Shown here in pieces: positions 34,826-46,300 of a DNA stretch of 64,000 nt. The notes under the pieces were generated by a model. That model was not told where the DNA came from, did not search any database, and saw nothing but the letters and a program-made list of their open reading frames with translations. Every line of letters begins with the position of its first letter. The stretch's first letter is position 1. Made by a program: the position numbers and the translations under genes. Origin of the DNA: Aplysia californica (taxonomy: Eukaryota). The DNA lies in assembly GCF_000002075.1 (NCBI RefSeq), contig NW_004797465.1, forward strand, positions 1,013,674 through 1,077,673. The letters are read 5' to 3'.

Positions 34826-37338
34826 CTATTTTTGAGATTTCTGACTGGGCAGATGATTGACTTCTTGTGACAGGCTCTCAAATTTTGGCAGAGGTGTGAA
34901 CGACATCGGCGCAGCCTTCTCCCCGCTAGTGTACCCAAACTCTTCCTGTGGGGGGACTGCATTGTTTGTGGAGAAGGGAACTGCTTGAGGAAACTGAAGG
35001 GGAGAGGACATTCCTTGTTGAACTTGATGATGAGGAGAGGACATTTCCTGATGAACTTGAGGAGAGGACAATCCTTGATGAACTTGGTGATGAGGAGAGG
35101 AAATTTCCTGCTGAACTTGATGATGGGGAGAGGACATTTCTTGATGAACTTGATGATGAGGAGAAGGCATTGCTTGATGAACTTGATGATGAGGAGAAGG
35201 CATTGCTTGATGAACTTGATGATGAGGAGAAGGCATTGCCATCGGTGCCCAAGAGCTGCTACTGCCGGGGGACATAGGGTGCTGAGGTGGAGGTACGTCA
35301 GACCTCTGGGAACTGCTGCTATACTGATGATGTTGCTGCTGCTGCTGTTGCCTATGATGAGTGCTTGCCATATACGATGGAGGGGGGTTTACAACTTTGT
35401 CTGTGTACATAACGGGTTGTGGGGGAGGAGGAGGAGGAGGAGCAACAGTTGTAATCCTCGATGAAGACTCCGGTGGCCCTGGGGTAGACATCTCCTGGCT
35501 GTAGTCTACCGCAGCCGCTTCAGGGTAGTTAGCAGACGGAACGTTAAAATGCTGGAGAAGCTTCTTCACTATCTCCCCTGACGACGGGTCCGCTTTGTCT
35601 AAAGGAACAGCGTTCTCAGGCATACGTTGGTATTGCGACTGATCCGCTGCCATGTGCGGTAACTGGTAATGTTGATACTGCTGTTGTTGCTGCTGCTGGG
35701 GATAAAAGTTGTTGAGAGATGCGCTCATCCCAGTTGCAACTCTTTGGTAATCAACAACTTTCTCTGTTGGGGGACCACTGCCGTACTGATGAAGCTCATG
35801 GGACTGATGGGCATTCTGACCGCTGACCATCTGGCTGGAAGCATGCAGACTCGAGGTGCTGGCTTGTGGAGGAGACATTAGTTCTTTCTGACCACCCCCA
35901 GAGTAGCCTACAGGGTCCGTGAAGTAGCCTCTGTTAGCCGATACTGGTGTACCCGGGCTGACTAAAGGAGACATTTGTTGCGGGAACGCAGAGGTCATGT
36001 CCTCTTGTGCTCTCACACTACCCACTGATTCACTCATGCCCAAACTACGAACGTCCCGATTAGGCACAGAACTTCCAAAGGCTACATCGGACACACGTGT
36101 CCTCCCTTGTCCCTCAAAAGGAAATTCTCCACTACCTTGGTGAGCTGCCGACCTCGGTGGGCTAAAGTTAGATATCTGCCCCTCGCCTGGATGGCCACTT
36201 GCCCCTGCAACAGCCTCTGCAATATCCTCGTTCCTCTTATCACTGTCAGTCTGCAGACTCTCGCCAATAGGAGAAGTTAATCCCCCTGCTGGCTTCTTCG
36301 TTTTTTTAGACCCCCTCCCAGAACTCTCACCCGACTTGTTTTTGGTTCCTGGACGAGCATGAACTTTCCTCGGCATCTGCACTACTCCATCAATCACGGG
36401 AAACGGCTGCACTTCTCCGTTTCTGTCATGGATTCGACGATGAGTCAAAAGCGAGCCGTGATGACCAAAACTCTGCAGGCAAATAGAGCACTGGTAGGGC
36501 TTTTCCCCAGTGTGAGTGCGCACGTGAGACTTAAGCTCCTGGCTGGTGTAGAAGCCTTTGCTGCAGTACGAGCAGAACTTTGTCTTCTCCTTGTTGTGTC
36601 GACGGATGTGTAACACGAGCGTGCTGCGAGACTTCAGGATCGTGTTACACTTGGGACACGCATGCATGCCATTTTTGACAAAAGGGGGAATCTTCACCTT
36701 ATCAGATGGTTCTACTTTATCATCACCTTCAGGACCCTCATCCAAAGACAGCGGAGTAGTGTGTGTTTTAGTGTCTTTGGAATCGACTGGCTCAGTATTT
36801 GCCTGGGTGTACAAAGCCCCCCCTCCTTGAGGTTCAGAGCTGCCAGACACATCTTCTTTACTTTGCACCGGAGGTTCTTCTCGCTCAGAGCTTGCCGTGG
36901 CCGAGTCAGAAGACACCCCCTGTCCACTGTCGGTCACCACAGCTGAGTCAGAAGAAGACATCAGGTGCCCACTCTCAGTCACGACACCACTACCGACCTC
37001 CTGTACCCCCTGTCCCTCACCCTGCTGCTCCCCACTCTCCTCGCCGCCTTTCTGCCCACCAGACGTGCCATCACCTGGGGTCTCTGGCGGTAACTGCGGC
37101 TCCCCAAACTCTTCACTGCGCTTTTTCTGAGCGGCACGTTTCTTCTCGGCTTTTTGCCGGCGCAGCTCCTCTATCTGCCTCTGAGTCTCCTGCTGCTTCA
37201 ATATCTCCGAACTGTCCAGGTGTATCGGGGCGCCCACACTCTCGCTGCCTGAGCTCTTCCGACCACGCTTGCTGTCCGGGGACTTGAGCTGGGAGCGCCG
37301 CTGCTCTCGCGGGGAAACTTTAGACGGGGTCGTAGACA
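34826..37338 (-). CDS. Zinc-finger gene terminal coding exon (three C2H2 fingers, poly-Q/P, 11-aa SPHHQV repeats)
   Basis: Lies in the 862-aa ORF. ctcctcctcag| acceptor in phase 1. CPKC..HIRRH, CSYC..HVRTHTGEKPYQCSIC..HRRIH. Confidence 0.92.
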
Positions 37339-40300
37339 CTGAGGAGGAGACAAGGGGAAGTTTAGATTTAGTTTTTGTAAGATTTTTACAAAGCTTGCAA
37401 CACAAATAGGGCACATAAGAGCTGACAAAAAGAGGTGTTACTTTGAGACTAATACAATCACCAAAATGCCAGTGTGGCGAAGCAGATCTAGCTGTAGAAT
37501 CCCTGCTTCAGCAGTGCAGGACACACAGGGCCCTGTGACAGGAGATATGGCAATTTCATTGACACTACAGGAGAAGCTGTATGGGCCAACATAAGAACAG
37601 AGCAGGGCAGCCCAGTCGGTCGAGAAGAAAAAAAAAAAAACAGAGTGTATTCCTGGAGAGTAACATAACAATAAAAGGAGGAGAGATGATGATGATGATA
37701 GATATTTGATATGAAAGAAGGAGCAAACTACACCAGAGCCCTCGCCAACTACCCACAGAAGGGCAGGGGTTGTGTAGGAGGGAAACTAGCTTAATCATGG
37801 CAAGCAAAGAATGAGATACCACTAGCTGCATGTCTTCCAACTTTGATGGCTTGTGCCCCAGGCCAACAGCAGCTTAATAATAATGATTATTTATTACAGC
37901 TATATAGCTTTTTTTCAGAAGTTGCTCAATGTGCTTTACAATAACAAAAAAGAAAATACAATCAAACCTGCTCTAACAGCCACCGGTATAAGACAATCAC
38001 CTGAACAAATAGCCACTTCCCATCCCCCCTCCCCCCCCCCTGCGCATTTTCCACCCATAATACAGACACAGAGTAAGACACTTTCAAAATTGTATATCTC
38101 AACCCTTAAGATTCTGGTCCCTGATAAATGTTTGCCCGATAAGCGCAATCCCGCGCGGCGCTCCACAGCTGGTCCCTGATCAGTCATCGTCCCGCGCGGG
38201 CAACGCATTTCGTTTAGGGCGGGGTCTGCATCTGTGTGCTAAAATGTGTGTGGGTCAGTCTGCTTGTGCCTGTGTGTCCATCTGGAACTTACTGCATTGT
38301 TTTGCAACGCGAGGCGTTGGTAGAGATAACAGAGCGTCGTTGAGACGTTCATCCAATGAAATATGAGCATTTTGACCCAGTTAGACACTTGAGGGACTCG
38401 AAAGGATATTCAGGAAATAGGACTTTCATCTTTCAATGCAAACACCTTTCCTCACTTTTCAAACGATCTAATTCTTACACCAAACGTTGTTTCCTGATGT
38501 AAATAATCATATTTGGTGGTTTTTTAACCATTGTCCTACCAGAGGGAGAAATTTGAGAGCAACTGAATAAAAAAAATATTCGGAAATTATCCCATTTTTT
38601 TCCTCTTTCGAACGATAGCTGATAAGCAGCTGTTCGCAAGTTCATTCATAATAGGTGTGAAATCTGGAAAACTCTGGAAAAGTTATTCGATTTGGTGTAA
38701 CTTCCAATCTCAGCGTCTCTGATCAACCGACGAGGAGATAATTGGATTATTCGTGTGATCGTAACACTTATTCATTGATCGTATCAGTTTGCTGTAAAAG
38801 ATGAGGTGTTTCCCTGACCTGCCGCGGCACGCTCGCGTGACCGGTGTCTGACCCAGGCACCCCGCGGCACAAGCTTGCGGGCGACGTAAGTGGGACATCT
38901 ATCGATAAGAGCCCTCTTCCGGTTAACCCCGCAGGACTAGAGTTAATGATATTAATAAATAACTATTTACGCAGAGCACTTCCCGTAATAGTGTGCTCAA
39001 TTCACCTCACAGTAATAAAAAGAAAATGAAATAAGATTAGTTATTCTTTTCCTCCCTACCCCCTCATCTCTCTATATTTCTCTTCCCACTCCCTCCCTCC
39101 AGTTGCCACAACATTACATTGACCAAGACGGTAAGAAAAGTAAAGTATACACTTCAGCAAAAAAATCTTACTGGCAGTAGATCTAGGGGTGGAGCCTGCA
39201 GACTCTGGTGTCTGCTTCGATCGCTTTCCCGGCTCCGACAGGCCATGGTTAGTGCGGCGGTGAGCGTTGAGGGAGGAGGCCTGGGAGAACACTCGGTCGC
39301 AGTCCTGGCACGGGTGCTTGCTGTCTTTGTCGTGCACCCTCAGGTGCCGGTAGATGCTGGCTATGCCGTACACCTTCCCACAGACCAGACACTCGCACCG
39401 CTTTTTCTGCTCCTCGTCCGTGAACATCTGAAAAAGAACATCGGTTTCGAAATTAGTTCAGTTTTAGTTATAGTAAGAATTTCATGGCACTTACAACACA
39501 ATTAGACCATACAAGTGTCGGAGATTTGTGATATTACAGTATAATCCACTTCTATCGACATGCTTTGGGAAGTGGATTTGATGGCGGTATATAAAAATGT
39601 CAATAAATGAAAATATAAAGAGAAAGAGGAAAAAACAAGGGGAGGGCAGCGGTAAAAAACAACACTACTTTTTAAAGGTGGTTGCTTCCATTGATTCTTG
39701 AAACTATCAAGAGGTGGCCGGGGGGGGGGGGTTGGAGTTACGGCATGAAAATATAAAGCCAAATCAAATAGGGTTCTTTCACAAAGCACAGTGAAACTAA
39801 CAAGAAGAAGCAGAGGGGGGGATGGAGTTACGGTACCAAAGACAGAGCAGCGCAGGAATGAACTTCACACAGGGCAAACTTTGTTGTAGCATCCTTGTAA
39901 AGCCTGTTTATGGCCGCTTGCTGGGGAAAATGGAAAGGCCAGGCACTGACTCACTGACCGCGGCATTTGCCAGCAACAGACTGAGAATGGGATGGGGAAG
40001 GGGAGTGAGCGATCAGGAGTGGGGGTAGGGAGGTGATGCCCAGAGTGCGAGATGCTCACGACTGTGAGGCACTGTACTGTGTTGGAGACTACACTGTGTA
40101 GGCCCTATATGACCTACTAAAGCCTGGTGTGTTATATTAGGTGACTTGGCGGGTATGTGGACTTAATGAAGAACTAAAATGTTGAAAGTAAGCGTGGCTT
40201 TTTCCCCCATTTATGTTCGTGGGCTTCACCAGGTACCCAGGAAGCAGGTCAATAAAGAAGAAGGGGCCGAAAAAAAGTCGATATAAGAGAAATTGTTTAG

Positions 40301-43300
40301 TGAAGCTATTCAAGGAAAAATTTCGTAATCGGAAAATATGTTGATATGTCAAAATGTCGATAAATCGGACGTCGATGTAAGTGGATTATACTGTACTACA
40401 AAGTAACACCCAAAGAAAAGGTTTTAGTGTTAGTTTTAGTAAGAGTTTTACGGCACTTGCAACACACAAAGAAAAGGAGGAGAGATAAGAACATAGATGT
40501 TTGATAGGAAAGAAGGAGCAAACCACATTAAAAAAAGGTGTGTGCATTCATAAAGACCTATCTGAAATACCAACAGACATAATATGGTATGCCCTCATCA
40601 ATCTTTTTAGCACACTTCTCTTCTCTACACAAGTCAAGGAACAAGGGTCTGCTTTGCTACTATTCCAACAAAGTTTTTTTTATTTTAAAGAAAAAAAACA
40701 CACAAAAAACATGTCTAGGAAACTGATGAGAGCAGAAAAAAGAAAATTCCCACTATGAGAAAATTAACTTATAAATACCACAGATTTCCTTACCTTGTAC
40801 AAGTGTTTTCTTTCCTTTGGTACAATTTTATTTTTCTTCACTGCTGAGTCTGCCTTGGCTGGAGTGGCGTCACCTTCCTGCACCGGTGTCACAGATGTCA
40901 TGTCTTCCGTGATACTAGCAGGCGGGACAACGCTCGTAGCTGCCCCCGCGGACAGCCGAGGAAGGTCTAAGGCCGTTGACTGACCAAGGATAGGGAGCCC
41001 CAGATTTTCATCCATGTCTGCTAGGGCTTCATCCCCAGCATCCAGATTAACTGTGTGCACGAGGTTGATGCTGTCTTGCAGAGAATTTTCATGGCTGGTC
41101 AAATTGCTGGGGCTGGCATTCTCTTCGTAGGCCGTCACAGCCGAGAGAAGGGTGTTGGGTGACAAAGTCTGCCGCAGACGACTTTCCAGATAAGCGAAAT
41201 CCTGCTGGGCCAGGTTAAATCCTGCCAGCTCCTGACTGAAGCTGCCTGGGTTGGCCGAAATCTGCCGCAGGAATCCCTGGATAAAGTTGTCTTGTCTCAA
41301 GCTGTCCGGGAAGTCAAGCTCATTCTGCACAGTGGAGCTGAAGAGGCCGTTGTTGTTGATCTCCGGGTCTCTTTGGCTGGCCGGGTACATGGGAGTAGCA
41401 GGGAGGGAGGAGGACGACTGGTCGGCTAATTTGGGAGTGTCTCGCGTCGAATTGAAACCTGAGGGTGCTCCTGAAAAACCCATCTGATTCACAGGTGGAT
41501 TGTAAGACTGTTAGACAGAGGAAGGGGGAGGGAAGATGTTAATTTTGAATTTAAATACAAGTTGCATGGCACATGCAATACAAACAGGTTACATAAAAGC
41601 TAAATATTAGAGATGTTACCAGAGAGTAACAGGATACAAAGAAAAGAAGGAGGCATTTATAAGGACAAGAGATGCTTGATAGGAAAGAAGGAGCAAACCA
41701 CACCAGAGAACCCACGAACAGGAAAGGTCAAAATAATCCAGTATTTGTTTATTTTTTGTAGAGGTTTTACGGCGCTCGCAACTGCATAAGATCATATGAG
41801 CGCCAAGGGGTGGATGTCAACAGAGAAGTCTTTACAGGGAATCAGACTTATTCTGCTCACCTCTCTAGCTTCAACAGCACAAAGTCTGCTTCAACTATCA
41901 AAGCACCCCGGAAATAGCCGGTCACAAAAGTGTAACAAACATACAAAAGAAGTAGAGGAAAAAAGTGATGATAGTAAGGATTAGGAAAGAAAAAGCAGCA
42001 GTTCCCTGTTGCAGTTCAGGCAGTTATGAGCGTGACATTGATGAATCAGCAAATTTGCAATTACAATTCTACTGTGCATAAGAACTCGAGATGTTAATTT
42101 CCCCCCCTCTGGGAATGACCTAAGGACATTTCAGTCAGTAGCACCGCCCCGATAATCCAGTACTCAAAAACATGGGAGTAAAAAGACTTGAAAAGATGTA
42201 AACCATATCATAATGATCATCTACACAGGAGTTCTTCCAAACATTAATGTAAGAAGGAAAACAATCCTTCACCACTGTTGTCTCCATGGAACAGACGTAC
42301 CTAAATACATGGTGTCAGGAGTTCAGCACAGAAAAAAAACTCCACAAATCATTCTCCATGATCCAAGGCTAATGCAAACTAGTGCCATTGGTGTCATGTA
42401 TGAACAGATTAGCTGGCAATTTCGTGCCTAAAACTCTATCAGTTTTGTCTGGACTTTGTTATGTGGGTTGCATAGTCAAGTGGTTTTACTTCAATTTGAC
42501 ACAACAAATATGTTTGACATAATTTGGTGAATACACAGCTAGAGTCAGTCATTATCGATACATTTTCTTTCTTTTCAACCCCATTTATCATAACAAAATT
42601 TCTTTTATATCTTTCTGAAAAAGTTCATGCCACAAAAAATTGAATGCTCGTCCTGAATTTTGGCCGTGTACAGAACTTATATAGGGTGTCCTTTTCAAAG
42701 ATATTGTCAACTCATTAGGCATACAGTAGTATCGTATGAAATTTGATGGCTTCAAGGCAAAAGGGAAGATCAGCAAAGAGATGGACAGACTGAGTCAAAG
42801 AGACCCTTCATAGGCACAATATAATGATCCAAAAGCAACCCACCTAACCCATGTCTGACAATTACATTTCCCCATCGACAGACACCTAATCGTAAAAGAG
42901 GACAGGAAAAGTCCAAAGTAAAAGTAAGTCAACGCATTCCAATAAACAATACTCCAGTCTGAGCACATCATCCATACGTACTATAGCAGAGTTCTCCATC
43001 GGGGCCACAGGCTCGACTCTCTGGTTCAAGCCCAGCTGCCGATTGTAGGTGGGATCGGAGAAAAACTCTTTGCTCCACGACTCAACCGTGATGGAGGCCA
43101 CAGAGGAAGGAAGTGAGGCCCCATTCCAGGCGGACGAGTCGTGCTGGTGTTCCGAGGTCGGTCGAGGTTGCGTGTGAGAGGAAGTCCACTGCTGGGGCTG
43201 GGAAGACGTCCCGGGGGGCACTTTATGCATCTGGCCCCGAGACAGGGGAGAAGGCGATTGCTCATGTAGTGATGACGATGAGGTGGGTAACCCTGTGCTG

Positions 43301-46300
43301 CTCTGGTTGGTCGACATGGTAGACGGAGGTCCCTGCTGTCTGGTGTTGGAGCTGTAGAAGCCTGCCTCTGAGGAAGACAACAGAGCAGCTGCTGCCGGTT
43401 CGTGCGGGAAAGAGGAAGTCCCCACCCTCGGAGCAACGGTTGTTGCGGAGATCGGAGCCGGGGGTTGAGGAATCCACGTGGAGGAGGGTGGAGTGAGCTG
43501 CGAATGTCTGCCACGTTGGCTCCATGACGAAGTCGGGTGAACAGATGAATCGTTTCTTATGTTAGATGTCGTCTGAACTTCCTCTCTTTTCGTGGATAAA
43601 TGAGTTGAAGTCTGGCTCCCCCATCTTTTAGACTGAGGCAGCTCAGCAAACGATACATCAACACTAGTGGAGGTGCATGAACTGACCACTGCTGCGGCCC
43701 CGGACTGTTGTGGCATGGACAGTTTCCCAACAGTGGGGCCCAATATGAAGTCTCGGGGCAGAAGGATGCGGTTTCCGTTTCCTCCAGGTACAAACAATCC
43801 ATTGATGGGAACCATAGAATCTGAAAATATGACCATATATATGTATATATTTACAATTCCTGAACAATTTACAAAGAACAAGCAGTCTATCGTCAACAAG
43901 CTGTATCAACATTGTTTTAGATTTAGTGAACGTTTTAAGGCATTGGCCACATAAATAGGTCACATAAGTGCCAAAGATTAGTTGGGGTTTTTTTTTAGTT
44001 TAAGTAAGTGTTTTACGGCACTTGCAACACAATAAGGTCATATAAGTGCCGAAGATCAGAGGTGTTGCAAGAGAGCAACAAACACAAAGAAGAAGAAGGG
44101 GAGATAAAGACGATAGACATTTGACAGGAAAGAAAAAGCAAACCACACCAGAGCACCTCCCCAACCACACACAAAGATTAGGTGTTACTAAGAGTAGCAT
44201 ACAAGAAAAAAACAACAACAAAAAACAAGAGGAGATTTAAGGCTGATAGATCCAGATGTTTGATAGGAAAGAAAGGTTGCAAGTTCCACAAATAATGTTT
44301 TTAATGATTAAAAAAATCCAGGAAAATAGTAGGAGAACAACATCCAAAAAATTGTTTCCCTTTCCTTTCTTCATTACATTGAAAAAATAACAATAAACCA
44401 TGAACACTCTACAATATGGCAAAAGCATTACAAAGACATTACAAAACAAATGTGACACTCAGCTGTTTCAAAATTTTTTTTTTCAAAACCCTCAATTTTC
44501 TCAGAACTGTTCGTTTGTGACCCACTAACTTCACAGTGGCTGTAACTTTGGAACCAAATTAGCTAGACTAATACCATTTTCACCACTTGTAGAGCTTAAA
44601 CATGTCTTATATTAGACACCCATAGCATTATATACTCAAATTATGACATGTGACCCTTTCGCGTATAGCTACATATTATATCATACTTGTCAATAGAGAA
44701 CACATCTGGATTAAACAGTAAAGAAAAGAAATTATAGCTAGATAATCTTAACTCTTTTCTTGCAATGATTAAGTACCATGTATAATGTCAGTTCATAATT
44801 GGCCCATTATTTCAAAACAAAACTCATTAGAAAGATACTCCTGCACAATGACAGGACTGAAATGAAGAACCTGTGTAATTAACTTATGGGAGACAATAAA
44901 ACAATTATCATTCACAAAGAAGACCAAATTGAAATTATCCTTCTCTATCAAAACCTAAAGACCTGACTTCACACAAAGCAGCTCACCTGTGATGTCTGGG
45001 ACTTCCTCGTCCAACAAAGGCACAAGCTTGTACAAGATCATCTTGCTCCCATGTCTGGTAGTTCCCCCATCCAGACCATCAACTGACCGTGCCGCTGTAT
45101 CTGGCTTTGCTTTCGCATTCTCGTCAGACAACTCTGAATGCTCCGCAGTCCAGATCATGTGATCGTCTCCCTGCTTGCCTCCATCTAGCTGGCCCGAGAA
45201 GAGACCAGTTTCAGGATCTAACATGCTCGTTGTTTCCAGTTCATCCTTAGAATTGCTCAAACCGTTCGAGTCCCTGCTTACATCAATCTGTGTTCTCTCT
45301 TCGGTCGCCTCGTCCTGTTTGAGATGCTTCTCCGAATGACTTTCGCTGATCCCCGACATGGAGTCAATCTCTGAGTTGGAAGGAGTAAGGCCTGCTTTAA
45401 CCAGAGACATCTGGTCTCCTGTGGAGAGACTTTCTGAACCATTTTCACGACTTGACCTTGATGTTCCATCATCGTTATGGTTAGCCTTCTTTTTGGTATT
45501 CCTTTTACTCCTCGTGGAAGGAACAGAGTCAGAGTTTTTATTCTTTATCGAAGGGCTGGGGTCAGAGACACTGGCATTTGAACTTTCTCGGTCGGAGATA
45601 GACTTGTCCTTTGTTCTCAAGCTGTGCCTCAAACTTCTCTCTGGTACAGTTGCACTACCGTCAGCTTCCAAATCTGGCACATCGGTAGACCAATCAGCCT
45701 TGTTTCCCTTTTGCCCCTTTTCTGGAGAGTTCGATCTTTTCAAAACTTTTCGTGCCCGTGGTAACTCATCCACAAAAGGTGCTGGTAGCTGGCGCTTACC
45801 ACTAGACACTGGAGATGATTTGGCTGACTTTTGAGGATGGTCTCGTTCACTTCGCCGTGTGGTGATAGAGGACCGTGACACCAAACGTCTCGCTGCTCCA
45901 ATTCTTCGCCTGTGCCTTGATGAAACTTTTGATTTGAAACGAGTTGAAGAAGCAGGGTTAGCAACTTTCTTCTCCACATGTTTGCTATCCTTCCTCTCAG
46001 ATCCCTCCTTTCCACCAGTCAGTTTGTCTTTTTCAGCTGTGGTTGCAGTCGTATTCTTTTTACCAGAGGCTTCAGTTCTCATTTCATCTTTCTTGTTGTT
46101 GGATCGAGTGCTCAATTTTGAGTTAGAATCTTGATCTGTCTTTTCATTTTGCTTGCTGTGTCTGGTGATAATTTTTTCCTGATTACCCAAGGGCTGAGCA
46201 TCATTTGACGACTGACTTACGGAGCTTCTCCTCTTTGACCTCATACTTCGGCCGGGGGCCTCCATCTCTACCCCACCCTCCTCTTTATAGTCTACTCGCC

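Noticed and set aside
38099-38946. CpG-rich intronic block with tcaaccct...agagttaa ends as a piggyBac MITE
   Set aside because: Probably a transposon relic, but the TIRs do not match beyond a few bases, so it is not called.
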